Positions 14,851-24,304 of a stretch of DNA of 32,000 nt are shown one piece after another; positions within the stretch are counted from its first letter, which is position 1, and each line of letters opens with the position of its first letter. The notes under the pieces are model-generated. The model saw nothing but the letters and a program-made list of their open reading frames with translations, did no database searches and was not told where the DNA came from. Both the position numbers and the translations under genes were made by a program. Source of the DNA: Candidatus Electronema halotolerans (lineage in GTDB: Bacteria; Desulfobacterota; Desulfobulbia; Desulfobulbales; Desulfobulbaceae). Location: the NCBI GenBank assembly GCA_942493095.1, contig OW818675.1, positions 1,530,001-1,562,000 of the forward strand. The letters run 5' to 3'.

Positions 14851-16095
14851 TCATGCTTCAGCCAGCGGATCATCAGCAAAGAGTTCGTGGCTGATCTCCT
14901 GATAGGCAGTCAGCAGGCCGGACTGCTGTTCGGCTGGAATTTCGTGCGCGGCAAGACAGCGGAGAAAGACCTGCTCATGCGCCAGCTCGGCCAGAGTCTC
15001 GCCTTCGCGTTCCGCGCAGAGATTCTGATCAGCAGGACGCAGGCTGCGGATGCGCAGGACTTCCAGCCCTGAACCGGCAACAAGCTGCTCCACCCGCTCC
15101 CGCAGATCACTGATCAGCTCGCTGTCCTCATGCACGACCTCCAGCCATATTCTGCGCTGTTCGACCCGCAGGCGGCCCAGCTCCTCAGCAATTTTCAGCC
15201 AGCCGCCCCGGATGCTTCTGATCTCCTGAAAGACCGGCACAGGCAGCACCCGCACCTGCGGCCCGTTCTCCGTGAAATCAACAAGGCAGATGCTTTTCCC
15301 TTTGCCCGCCTCAGCAAAGCTCATTACCAGCGGCGCGCCGCTGTAGCGGCGAGTCTCGTTGCCCTGCACAAGCTGCGGTGTGTGCAGGTGGCCAAGGGCG
15401 ACGTAATCAAGCAGGGGCGGAAAGGCATCTGCTCCCACGCAGGCCAAGTCGCCGACATAGAGGCTGCGGCTGCCGTCGCCTTCAACCATGCTGCCGCCTG
15501 CGGCAAAGAGATGGCCCATGCCAATGACCGGCACTGGCTGCGGCAGGCCCTGCTGCACAGCTGCCGCCGCCGCGCAGACTTCGGCATAGTGCCGCCGGAT
15601 GCCCTCGGCCAAATCGCGCTCGCGCTCCTCCATGCTCTGGCCGGGCGCGGCTGTGCGCAGGTCGCGGTCACGGAGAAAGGGCACCGCGCAGACAATGGCT
15701 TCCGGCCCGTCCTGCTGATTGCGGAGGAGCAGCACCTCGTCCGCAGGCGAATCTCCTTTTGCGGCAATGACGTGAATGTTCAGGGCACGGAGCAGCTTCT
15801 TGGGCGCGCTGAGAAAGGAGGGGGAATCGTGGTTGCCTGCGGTCACGATCAGGTGACGGCAGGGCGAGGCGGCCATCTGACAGAGGAAATTGTAGTAAAG
15901 CTGCTGGGTTTTGCTGCCCGGCGTGGTGGTGTCAAAGATGTCGCCTGCAACGGCCAGAATATCAACCTCGTGCTGAAGGGCGGCCTGATGCAGCCAGTGC
16001 AGGAAGGCGGCAAACTCCTCATGCCGCTGCCGTCCATGCAGCATCCGGCCCAAGTGCCAGTCAGAGGTGTGGAGAATGCGGAGCGGCTTGGGCAT
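14851..16095 (-). CDS. sbcD: Exonuclease SbcD
   Basis: LRILHTSDWHLGRMLHGRQRHEEF...VDILAVAGDIFDTTTP...LIVTAGNHDSPSFLSAPKKLL. Confidence 0.93.
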   Translation of the reverse strand: MPKPLRILHTSDWHLGRMLHGRQRHEEFAAFLHWLHQAALQHEVDILAVAGDIFDTTTPGSKTQQLYYNFLCQMAASPCRHLIVTAGNHDSPSFLSAPKKLLRALNIHVIAAKGDSPADEVLLLRNQQDGPEAIVCAVPFLRDRDLRTAAPGQSMEERERDLAEGIRRHYAEVCAAAAAVQQGLPQPVPVIGMGHLFAAGGSMVEGDGSRSLYVGDLACVGADAFPPLLDYVALGHLHTPQLVQGNETRRYSGAPLVMSFAEAGKGKSICLVDFTENGPQVRVLPVPVFQEIRSIRGGWLKIAEELGRLRVEQRRIWLEVVHEDSELISDLRERVEQLVAGSGLEVLRIRSLRPADQNLCAEREGETLAELAHEQVFLRCLAAHEIPAEQQSGLLTAYQEISHELFADDPLAEA

Positions 16096-16148
16096 GGAAT
16101 TGCTGGTTTGGAAATGGCATCAGACAGACAGTTGCATGAGCAGCCTTT

Positions 16149-16634
16149 TCAGCCATCTTGTTTGGCCGCCCTCCGCTCCTCCCAGAACTGGAGCAGGAGG
16201 AACAGAGCAATGCCGACCGTGATGCCGGAGTCAGCCACATTGAAGGCGGGCCAGTGGTATTTGCCAAGGTAAAAATCGAGAAAATCCACCACTGCGCCCC
16301 AGCGCAGCCGGTCGATCATGTTGCCGAGCGCGCCGCCGCTGATCAGACCAAAGCTGACTGCATAGAGGAAGTGGCGCGGCCCCAGTTTATACTGCATGAT
16401 GACCAAGGCGGTCAGGGCGGCGGCAGAAATGCTGATGAAGAATATCTGCCGCCAGAGCATTGGCAGGCCGGACAAGATGCCAAAGGCCGCGCCGCTGTTG
16501 TAGAGCAGGGTCAGGTTGAAGAAGCCGGGAATGACCGGCAGGGTCTCGTGCAGCGTGAACTGCTGGACAACCCACAGCTTGGTGAGCTGGTCGCTGACCG
16601 CCACCAGCACCATGATGAGCAGAAAACGAATCAT
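16149..16634 (-). CDS. lspA: Lipoprotein signal peptidase (signal peptidase II)
   Basis: SDQLTKLWVV...NSGAAFG...GGALGNMIDRLRWGAVVDFLDFYLGKYHWPAFNVADSGI. The start is set at MIRFLLIM. Confidence 0.95.
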   Translation of the reverse strand: MIRFLLIMVLVAVSDQLTKLWVVQQFTLHETLPVIPGFFNLTLLYNSGAAFGILSGLPMLWRQIFFISISAAALTALVIMQYKLGPRHFLYAVSFGLISGGALGNMIDRLRWGAVVDFLDFYLGKYHWPAFNVADSGITVGIALFLLLQFWEERRAAKQDG

Positions 16635-16636
16635 GA

Positions 16637-19447
16637 TCAAGCGGGCAGGCTGCGGACTACAGCAGCGCAGCGGCTGCACAGGGCCGGGTGCTCGCTGTCT
16701 TGACCGACGCTGGGCGAAATCATCCAGCAGCGTTCGCACTTGCCGCCCGGCGCAGGCCGCACCCCGATTTGCAGCCCGGCAATTTCCTCGGAAGCGGTGA
16801 AGGCGGCCTCGCCTGCATCGCTGACCGTCTTCAGGCTGGAGACTATGCACAGCTCACGCAGCAGCTCCTCCTTGCCACTGAGAAAGGCAGCCAGTTCGCC
16901 CTCAGCCAAGAGCAGCACCTCGGCATCTAAGGACAGGCCGATCACCTTGTCCTTGCGGGCGGTCTCCAGCACTCTGGTGATTTCACCGCGCAGGTTCAGG
17001 AGCTGCTTCCAGCGTTGATCCAGCTCCGCGTCCAAGGCAATGTCATCCACTTTGGGCAGCTCGGCAAAGAAGACCGACTGTTCCAGGGGCGCATTCTCGT
17101 CCAAGCCATGCAGATGCTCCCATGCCTCTGCCGCAGTGACGCTGAGAATCGGGGCCATGAGCCGGAGCAGGCCGTCAAGGATGCGATGCAGGACAGTCTG
17201 GGCAGCCCGGCGGCCCGGCGCATCGGTGCCGGAGCAGTAGAGCCGATCTTTAAGGATGTCGGCATAGAGGCTGGACATGGTGATGCCGCAGAAGTTGAGC
17301 AGACTATGATAAATGGCGTGGAACTCGTAGTCATTGTAGGCTTTCTCCACCCGGCGCACCAAGTCAGCATAGCGGGCCAAGGCCCAGCGGTCCAGCTCGC
17401 GGAAATGCTCCGGCCCGACGCTGTTCGCAGCCGGGTCAAAGTCGCTCAGGTTGGAGAGGAGGAAGCGCACCGTGTTGCGCATCTTGCGGTAGGCATCTGA
17501 GACATGGCGGAGGATTTCCTCGGAAACCTTGACATCGTCGCGGTAGTCCTCGCTCGCCACCCAGAGGCGAAGTATCTCGGCCCCGAACTTGTCAATCATG
17601 TCCTGCGGCAGGATGACATTGCCGAGCGACTTGGACATCTTCTTGCCTTTGCCATCAACCACATAGCCGTGGGTCAGCACACCCTTGAACGGTGCCCGCC
17701 CGCGTGTGCCAATCGAAGCCAGCAGAGAGGCTTGGAACCAGCCTCGGTGCTGATCACTGCCCTCAAGATACAAATCAGCAGGCGAGCGCAGCCCGGCCCG
17801 TGCCTCCAAAACCGCTGCGTGGCTCACGCCGGAGTCAAACCAGACATCAAGAATGTCATGCTCTTTCTCAAATTTGGCGCAGCCGCAGGCGCATTGTACG
17901 CCTTCAGGAATGAATTCCGCCGCCTCACGCTGGAACCAAGCATCTGCCCCTTCTTGGGCAAAAATGGCCTCAATCCGCTCGCAGACCGCTTTGTCCTTGA
18001 GGATTTCCCCGCAGTCCGCACAGGTGAGCACGGTCAGCGGCACTCCCCAGGAACGCTGGCGGGACAGGCACCAATCAGGCCGTCCCTCAACCATGCCATG
18101 AATCCGCTGCTCGCCCCAGGCCGGTGTCCAGCGCACCTCCTCAATCGCCTGCAAGGCTTTCTGACGCAGCTCGTTCAGCTCCATAGCAATGAACCACTGC
18201 TTGGTGGCCCGGTAGATGACCGGCTTTTTGCAGCGCCAGCAGTGCGGGTAGGAATGGTCGATCTCGCTTTCCTTGACCAAGACCCCGGCAGCAGCCATGT
18301 CGTCGTTGATCTCCCGGTTGACCATCGGGATGCGGCGGCCTGCGTACTTGCCCGCCTCGCCTGTATATTGGCCCGCATCATCAACCGGCGAGAGCACCTC
18401 CAAGCCATAGCGCAGGCCAGTCAGGTAGTCGTCCGCACCATGCCCCGGGGCCGTATGCACGCAGCCAGTGCCGGAATCCGCCGTGACATAATCAGCCAAG
18501 ACAATCAATGACTCGCGCTCAAAGAAGGGATGGCGGCACTTGCGGCCTTCCAAGCCTTTGGCGGAAAAGGTGCAGACAATGCGGTAGTCGGCAATGCCGA
18601 AATCGGCAAAGCATTGCTCTACCAGTTCGTGGGCGAGAATCCAGATTTCATCCCGCACAGCCACGGCGGCATAGACAAAATTCGGATGAAAGGCCACAGC
18701 CATGTTGGCAGGCAGGGTCCACGGGGTGGTGGTCCAGATCAGGACGGAGACTTTGCTTGTCTGCCCTGCCAGCTCCGGGATTACGTCGCTCACGTCCTCA
18801 GCCAGCGGAAACTTGACGTAAATCGAAGGCGAGGTGTGATTATAGTATTCCACTTCCGCCTCTGCCAAGGCCGTGCGGCAGGTGGAACACCAATAGACCG
18901 GCTTTTTCGAGCGCACTACCCCGCCGTTGAGCAGGAAGCGGTTGAACTCGCGAGCAATGGCTGCCTCATAGCCGCAGCTCATGGTCAGATAGGGAGCGTC
19001 CCAGTCACCCAGCACCTCCAGCCGCCGGAACTGCTCCTTCTGAGCCGCCACCCATTGATTCGCATATTTGCGGCAGGCGGCCCGCTTCTCCAAGGTGGAG
19101 ATGACCTCCTTGCGCTCGCCCAGCTCCTTGTCAACATTGTGCTCAATCGGCAGGCCGTGGCAGTCCCAGCCCGGCACGTAAGGAGCCTGAAAACCGGCCA
19201 TGCGCCGCGATTTGAGAATGATGTCCTTGAGCACCTTGTTGAAGGCCGTGCCCAGATGAATGTTGCCATTGGCATAAGGCGGGCCGTCATGAAGGATGAA
19301 CAGGGGCCTGTCCGCCGCAGCCTGCTGGAGTTTCTCATAGAGCCGCTCCTCTTCCCAGCGGGCCAGATACTGCGGCTCCTTCTGGGTCAGGCTGGCCTTC
19401 ATCTTGAATGTGGTTTTGGGCAGGTTCAGAGTGTCCCGGTAGTCCAT
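16637..19447 (-). CDS. ileS: Isoleucyl-tRNA synthetase
   Basis: MDYRDTLNLPKTTFKMKASLTQKEPQYLARWEE...FILHDGPPYANGNIHLGTAFNKVLKD...GWDCHGLPIEHNV...KMSKSLGN, with a C-terminal zinc-binding region CERCWMISP...CSRC. Confidence 0.97.
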   Translation of the reverse strand: MDYRDTLNLPKTTFKMKASLTQKEPQYLARWEEERLYEKLQQAAADRPLFILHDGPPYANGNIHLGTAFNKVLKDIILKSRRMAGFQAPYVPGWDCHGLPIEHNVDKELGERKEVISTLEKRAACRKYANQWVAAQKEQFRRLEVLGDWDAPYLTMSCGYEAAIAREFNRFLLNGGVVRSKKPVYWCSTCRTALAEAEVEYYNHTSPSIYVKFPLAEDVSDVIPELAGQTSKVSVLIWTTTPWTLPANMAVAFHPNFVYAAVAVRDEIWILAHELVEQCFADFGIADYRIVCTFSAKGLEGRKCRHPFFERESLIVLADYVTADSGTGCVHTAPGHGADDYLTGLRYGLEVLSPVDDAGQYTGEAGKYAGRRIPMVNREINDDMAAAGVLVKESEIDHSYPHCWRCKKPVIYRATKQWFIAMELNELRQKALQAIEEVRWTPAWGEQRIHGMVEGRPDWCLSRQRSWGVPLTVLTCADCGEILKDKAVCERIEAIFAQEGADAWFQREAAEFIPEGVQCACGCAKFEKEHDILDVWFDSGVSHAAVLEARAGLRSPADLYLEGSDQHRGWFQASLLASIGTRGRAPFKGVLTHGYVVDGKGKKMSKSLGNVILPQDMIDKFGAEILRLWVASEDYRDDVKVSEEILRHVSDAYRKMRNTVRFLLSNLSDFDPAANSVGPEHFRELDRWALARYADLVRRVEKAYNDYEFHAIYHSLLNFCGITMSSLYADILKDRLYCSGTDAPGRRAAQTVLHRILDGLLRLMAPILSVTAAEAWEHLHGLDENAPLEQSVFFAELPKVDDIALDAELDQRWKQLLNLRGEITRVLETARKDKVIGLSLDAEVLLLAEGELAAFLSGKEELLRELCIVSSLKTVSDAGEAAFTASEEIAGLQIGVRPAPGGKCERCWMISPSVGQDSEHPALCSRCAAVVRSLPA

Positions 19448-19633
19448 TGCTGTTCTCGCGGATAGGAAAATATCTTTTATTCTGAAAAGGTTGACAAGTC
19501 CGGCCTGCGGCGGGCCGTCCCGGCGCAATAAAGCAAGAGTTTACCCGGAACCGGGGAAGATGCAAGGAAAAACAGAGCTTGCAGCGGGCGGCCCATGCTG
19601 TCCATCGGGACAGCATGCGGCCTCTGCATATAT

Positions 19634-20203
19634 TTATATTTCGCCAAATTCCTTGCCATTAACGCTTGCACCTGTCACATAGATATAAACAGGTTCTGGT
19701 CCTGATCTCCTGAGCGTTTGTCCATTGTCTTTGAAACTGACGGAATCAACAACGGCCTTGCACCCTCTAAGAACAAGTTCATCATGCTCGTCGGCAGACC
19801 TCAATGCGTTGTCCACATCCTTTGACGCACCTATTGCGGTAAAATTAATTGTATGCTTATTCAGATAATCTGCGGCGCAACCATACTGATCGATAATCCC
19901 TCTGGCATCCGCTGAAAGGTCGGATTTATAATCCCATGCTGCAAGCTCTATCGCTGTTTCACCCCAGATCAATGAGAAGGAACCACTGAACACGTCAAAT
20001 ATCTGATCACCATGAGATACGCCCATCAGCGCGCCTTCTGCTTCCCACTCTTCTTTCAAATCAAAATTCCATTCAACTTGCTCATTGGACAGAACTAAAT
20101 GCCCATCAGTCTGTTCTGCCGTTATGTCGGGCGTGCTGCTTCGATTATACAAGAAATATCCGGCAGCACCAAGCAGCAGGATAATGATGAGGAAATTTTT
20201 CAT
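19634..20203 (-). CDS. Hypothetical protein with an N-terminal signal/TM segment
   Basis: 189 aa, MKNFLIIILLLGAAGYFLYNRSSTPDITAEQ... . Confidence 0.6.
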   Translation of the reverse strand: MKNFLIIILLLGAAGYFLYNRSSTPDITAEQTDGHLVLSNEQVEWNFDLKEEWEAEGALMGVSHGDQIFDVFSGSFSLIWGETAIELAAWDYKSDLSADARGIIDQYGCAADYLNKHTINFTAIGASKDVDNALRSADEHDELVLRGCKAVVDSVSFKDNGQTLRRSGPEPVYIYVTGASVNGKEFGEI

Positions 20204-20238
20204 TTCTCAGTCTCCGGTTGCGCATTGCAAAAAGCCTT

Positions 20239-20287
20239 GCAAGGTGCATGGCCATGCACTGTCTTTAGTGCGGTGACTGCACCCTGC
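20239..20287. repeat. Dispersed stem-loop repeat, copy A
   Basis: gcaaggtgc...catgcactgtctttagtgcgg...gcaccctgc. Nested arms: GCAAGGTGC/GCACCCTGC outside, GCACT/AGTGC inside. Confidence 0.6.
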
Positions 20288-20306
20288 CCAACTCAATAAT
20301 CGTCTG

Positions 20307-21353
20307 TCATCCGCCAATCGGTGAAAGATCACAGACCTCAAGCATGTATCGTCCATAAGAAAGCAGGCTGGCGACGAACAGATCATAGGAGTTGCTGTCG
20401 ATGAAATTCACCGTCACCTCCGCATTCAGGCCGGCAAGCGCCATGTCAACCCCTGCCGGAGGAATGATCACCTCCGGGCCGAGCGGTCCTTCAAGAGGGC
20501 CGACAGCAAGGGCAATCTGACCATCTGTCCGATAGACCGCCTCAAACCTGCACATAACCTGATGGCTGGAATAGTTGCTCACCACCAGCGGGCCGTCCGC
20601 AGCATCGCCGACAACGAAGAGCTTGGGCTGCTGTGCAGTGACAACGTTGGTGGAGCGCAGATGCTTGGCATACTCGCCTGTTCGCAGCTGTCCATTCTCC
20701 GTGTATCGTGACCGCACCGCAATGATCTTCTCAACATTTGGGGAGACTGTAGGATTTCCTCCGAAATCAGGGGTGATGATGATTTTGGAGGGATTGTTGA
20801 GGCTGATATTTGTCTGCTGGACAATATGGCCGTCAGCATCAGTCAGGAAAACGCCTTGGGTCGGGTCTGTTCCATCAAAGCCGATATTCGAGCCGTCCAG
20901 ACGGAAGCCGTGATCCGGGCGGATCCAGTTGGCAAGATTGGTGTTTGTGTCATAGGCCGCGCTGATCTCAGGAGCCTTTTCCGAATACGGGAGGCGCACG
21001 TATTCGGCCTGCTGCGCCACTTCCTCTTTCAGGACCACAGAAGGCTTGGCCTTGACATCAACAGGGTCAGGCGGCAGGTCGTCGGTCGGCTGCGCCAAGC
21101 GGACAGGCAGAGAGGTGACAAAAGACACGAACCCGGCGAGGTTGATCGTGTTGCCGTCGGCAAGCTGGCGGATCACCTCATCCCGGAAGGCCTCAAGCAC
21201 CGCCTTGGCAGTGTCTGCCGGGATGGTCGGGTTGTGCAGGTTGATCTGCTCGGCCAGGGCATCATAGTCCAAGGTGTTCTGAGGAACCGGGCGGGCGGTG
21301 TAGGACGGGGGATTGGTCAGATAGTTCGGGATGATTTTGTATTGGATAGGCAT
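20307..21353 (-). CDS. HU-like DNA-binding N-terminal domain protein with a DUF4469-like C-terminal region
   Basis: YKIIPNYLTNPPSYTARPVPQNTLDYDALAEQINLHNPTIPADTAKAVLEAFRDEVIRQLADGNTINLAGFVSF resembles the HU-DNA_bdg architecture. Confidence 0.6.
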   Translation of the reverse strand: MPIQYKIIPNYLTNPPSYTARPVPQNTLDYDALAEQINLHNPTIPADTAKAVLEAFRDEVIRQLADGNTINLAGFVSFVTSLPVRLAQPTDDLPPDPVDVKAKPSVVLKEEVAQQAEYVRLPYSEKAPEISAAYDTNTNLANWIRPDHGFRLDGSNIGFDGTDPTQGVFLTDADGHIVQQTNISLNNPSKIIITPDFGGNPTVSPNVEKIIAVRSRYTENGQLRTGEYAKHLRSTNVVTAQQPKLFVVGDAADGPLVVSNYSSHQVMCRFEAVYRTDGQIALAVGPLEGPLGPEVIIPPAGVDMALAGLNAEVTVNFIDSNSYDLFVASLLSYGRYMLEVCDLSPIGG

Positions 21354-21497
21354 GACGTGCTCCTTTGGTTGAAGATGTGCTTTTATACTTGCCCTACCGG
21401 CATCTTACCGGTATCATCCATCTTCAAAATAAATCTTTCGAGCAGATGCCGCAACAGATAAAATCGGAAGATGCAGGCAGCTCTGTCCGGCTGCTGC

Positions 21498-21630
21498 AAT
21501 GCAGGCTTTCGCAGCGCACGAATGCCTGGTTTCGTGTCTGTCGAATGCATGCATTCGTTCCAATCAAATGCCTGCATTCGTGCCGATCAAATGCATGCAT
21601 TCGTGCTAATCAAATGCAGGCATTCGTGTG
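21498..21630. repeat. 23-bp tandem direct-repeat (iteron-like) array, 6 units with palindromic core AATGC(AT/CT/AG)GCATT
   Basis: Units start at 21498, 21521, 21544, 21567, 21590 and 21613, e.g. AATGCATGCATTCGTTCCAATCA, AATGCCTGCATTCGTGCCGATCA, AATGCATGCATTCGTGCTAATCA. Confidence 0.8.
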
Positions 21631-21728
21631 CAGGAAAACCGGCAGGGCGGGGAGTACTTCGCTCTCCCAGAGGTGATTGCGCATGGAACGTTTCCGCTTA
21701 TTGATACTGTCAGGAGTAATTAAACCAA

Positions 21729-22058
21729 ATGGATATTGAAACCGAAATTCTTAAACTTCTCAGAGAGAGAAACCATGTGTCTTTTGCCGAGCTGAACAGG
21801 ATTCCTGGCTTTGATGGTGAAGGGAGCATTAGCCACCCAAGATACAACAATATTCTCATTTGGCATAGAGTTTCCGAGGAAGGATATCACGCGATAAACA
21901 ATCTTATGGGTAATTATGGGGTCGCAATTACTCCATGTGAACAACTTGTTTACATTATTGACGGGTTGGTACCCAATATTCCGATTGCCAAGTCCGCAAG
22001 AAGTTACGCTAAACCAAGATGGCTTCCTTGCGTTTTGGTTCTCCCCGAAGCCAAGTAA
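21729..22058 (+). CDS. Hypothetical protein
   Basis: 109 aa with an SD-like ggag upstream. Confidence 0.5.
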   Translation: MDIETEILKLLRERNHVSFAELNRIPGFDGEGSISHPRYNNILIWHRVSEEGYHAINNLMGNYGVAITPCEQLVYIIDGLVPNIPIAKSARSYAKPRWLPCVLVLPEAK

Positions 22059-22065
22059 TAGCCTT

Positions 22066-22109
22066 GCAGGGTGCCATGCACTGTCTTTAGTGCGGGGGCC
22101 GCATCCTGC
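22066..22109. repeat. Dispersed stem-loop repeat, copy B
   Basis: gcagggtgccatgcactgtctttagtgcgggggccgcatcctgc. Shares catgcactgtctttagtgcgg with copy A. Confidence 0.6.
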
Positions 22110-22161
22110 CCGGCTTTTAGTATTACAGGCAAGAGAATAGACGAATCAATAAGGATACAGC

Positions 22162-22467
22162 ATGGTACAGCTCCAAATTATATCAGATCAACAGCATGCG
22201 CTTCCTATTATCCAATCAGCCATTGCGGCAAAAGTGAAGCGGATTGAAATAGGGCTGCGAACGACGGAACAGGAAATTCAGAAGGTTGAGTCCAAATATC
22301 ATATTGCTTCAGAACAGTTCATGAGCGACTGCACCGCAGAAGACTTGGACGGCGGCGATGACGAATATGTCAGCTGGATGGGAGAACTCCAGCTTCGAGA
22401 GGCTATCCGGGAAGAATTACACCTCCTGAGCAATATCGAATATGTTACTCAAAGAGTATCTGACTGA
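22162..22467 (+). CDS. Small hypothetical protein
   Basis: 101 aa with an SD-like aagga upstream. First of three co-directional genes. Confidence 0.5.
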   Translation: MVQLQIISDQQHALPIIQSAIAAKVKRIEIGLRTTEQEIQKVESKYHIASEQFMSDCTAEDLDGGDDEYVSWMGELQLREAIREELHLLSNIEYVTQRVSD

Positions 22468-22494
22468 CATCAACAATACTTCGAGGTGAGTTTT

Positions 22495-22854
22495 ATGGAA
22501 ATATGTTTAAATATTCCCGATGAATTATTCCCGCATCTGCAAAGGCACCGAAATCGGCTGGCGCAAATTCTGTCTCTGGGACTGCGTGAACTGGAGGCCA
22601 AGCCCTCCGGGAGCTTTGCAGGTCTGACGGATGTGCTGGAGTTCTTAGCTGGTCTGCCCGCAGAAGAAGAAATTCTGCGTCTGCGTCCGTCTCCGCAATT
22701 GCAGGCGCAACTGGAAGCGTTGCTCGAAAAACAGCGCACTGACGGCCTGAGTCCAGATGAGGAATCAGAATGGCGGCAGTATGAGTATGTTGAACATTTA
22801 GTCCGTAAAGCGAAATTAAACGCTGTGAAAAGGCGGCAGGCTTGTCGTGAGTAG
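22495..22854 (+). CDS. Small hypothetical protein (possibly antitoxin-like) upstream of an HNH nuclease
   Basis: MEICLNIPDELFPHLQRHRNRLAQILSLGLRELEAKPSGSFAGLTDVLEFLAGLP. A GTG start at 22486 is also possible. Overlaps the HNH gene by 8 nt. Confidence 0.65.
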   Translation: MEICLNIPDELFPHLQRHRNRLAQILSLGLRELEAKPSGSFAGLTDVLEFLAGLPAEEEILRLRPSPQLQAQLEALLEKQRTDGLSPDEESEWRQYEYVEHLVRKAKLNAVKRRQACRE

Positions 22855-23275
22855 GACGTATATTCCTGTCGCGTTGCGCAATTTAGTGCATGAGCGTGCA
22901 AAGGCTGCCTGCGAGTATTGCCTGATTCCCGAAATGATCACCTTTGCTCCGCATCAGATTGATCATGTTATTGCTGAAAAACATGGAGGAGCAACTGAAC
23001 AGGACAACCTCGCCTTGGCCTGCATTCTTTGCAATAAGCACAAAGGAAGTGATATTGCCTCGGTTGACCCGGAAACAGGAGAAATTGTTGCCTTGTATAA
23101 TCCGAGGCTGGATTCCTGGGAGGAACATTTTCAGCTTGAAGAAAACGGAAAGATACAACCGCTGACTGATATCGGACGGGTCACTTCGCAACTTTTACGT
23201 TTTAATACGCCTGAACGTGTCAGTGAACGCAGGCTGTTGTATGAATTGCTGAAGAGCGAGGGCAAATTTGCTTGA
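22847..23275 (+). CDS. HNH endonuclease domain protein
   Basis: ACEYCLIPEMITFAPHQIDHVIAEKHGGATEQDNLALACILCNKHKGSDI: CxxC...HxxDH...N...CxxC HNH core. Confidence 0.9.
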   Translation: MSRTYIPVALRNLVHERAKAACEYCLIPEMITFAPHQIDHVIAEKHGGATEQDNLALACILCNKHKGSDIASVDPETGEIVALYNPRLDSWEEHFQLEENGKIQPLTDIGRVTSQLLRFNTPERVSERRLLYELLKSEGKFA

Positions 23276-23419
23276 CACGGTCTTCCCGCATTCACACCCC
23301 GCAGATACATCACGGGGCTATTATCGGCTGTCCCTCAGAGACAAAGAAAGCTGTTCCGTGGAAGAATCCGGCACAGGATGGCAAGGGCGGGATGGGAGTG
23401 TCAAGCCCAGCACCAAGTC

Positions 23420-24295
23420 TCAGGCTGCGCCGAGAAAACCGCTGGTCTGCTGGATGAGCTGCTGCAGCTCGTCAACTTTGGCCGCCGCCTCAGCGCAGGT
23501 GCTGTCTGTGGCCACGGCCCGACGGTACATGACCAAGGCGCGGGTGTACCACTGGCCGCTCATGTAGCTGCGGCCCGCAGCGCAGAAGCCCTGCGCGGCC
23601 TGGCCGGAGAACATGTCGCTGAAGACCGAGGTCAGCTCCTCGCTCCACAGATATTCCACCATGTCCTCGTGCTCGACTAAAAAGCGGACTAAGAGGCTGT
23701 TGCCTGCCAAGGCCGGGAGCAGGGTGCGGAGCATGTTGCTGGTCTGACCAAAAAGCAGGGCCAGATGCTCCATCTGCCGCATGACATCCACTGCCACCCG
23801 CCGGATCAGCCCTTTCCGGTCAATGATCCGGGTCAGGCGGGAAATTGGGGCCGAGCCGTCGCTCCAGAAGACGGCGGCAGCATAGCTGTTGAGGATATGC
23901 ACATCCTCCTTGAGCTTGACCGCCTCATGAAAAATGGAGCTGATCAGCCATTCTATGAGCGAATCGCCAATCTGCTGGCCCCGGCAATCTTCCGGCCAGA
24001 TATGCTGGCAGAGGTCTTTGAGGAGCCAGAGCGGGCCTTTCTCCACTTCCGTGCCGACCATGACCGCCAGCTGATCCCAGATGCTGCATTTCTCATGGCC
24101 TGCGCCGTCCGCAAGCAGACAGCAGGACTCGCCGCGCTTGGAGGTGCGGCAGAGGCAATAGGAGCCGTACAGCTCCTGAAACGAGCGCATCAGAACGAAG
24201 AAATCCGCAAAGACTTGGCGGATGAAGAAATCGCCCTGCCGCTGGAACCAGTTGAGCCGCTGGCGGCGGAAGCTGGGCTGGGACGGGGAGAGCAT
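23420..24295 (-). CDS. Hypothetical protein downstream of glgA
   Basis: 291-aa ORF, 9-nt gap to the preceding glgA stop, co-directional. Confidence 0.6.
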   Translation of the reverse strand: MLSPSQPSFRRQRLNWFQRQGDFFIRQVFADFFVLMRSFQELYGSYCLCRTSKRGESCCLLADGAGHEKCSIWDQLAVMVGTEVEKGPLWLLKDLCQHIWPEDCRGQQIGDSLIEWLISSIFHEAVKLKEDVHILNSYAAAVFWSDGSAPISRLTRIIDRKGLIRRVAVDVMRQMEHLALLFGQTSNMLRTLLPALAGNSLLVRFLVEHEDMVEYLWSEELTSVFSDMFSGQAAQGFCAAGRSYMSGQWYTRALVMYRRAVATDSTCAEAAAKVDELQQLIQQTSGFLGAA

Positions 24296-24304
24296 TGCCT
24301 CCTG

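Noticed and set aside
14676-14894. 72-aa + ORF after a G+C hairpin
   Set aside because: Overlaps the sbcD 3' end and has no recognisable family. It could be a small gene or remnant, but I cannot support it.
14851-16095. sbcD without an adjacent sbcC
   Set aside because: Noted as mildly unusual, but sbcC can be unlinked, and one window cannot show it is missing.
21498-21630. Possible CRISPR array
   Set aside because: The units are contiguous with no unique spacers, and there are no cas genes nearby.
21365-21676. 104-aa + ORF and opposing minus ORFs with repeated HAFV/NACIR peptides
   Set aside because: They run across a 23-bp repeat, which shifts reading frame in each unit. A non-coding array explains the pattern better.
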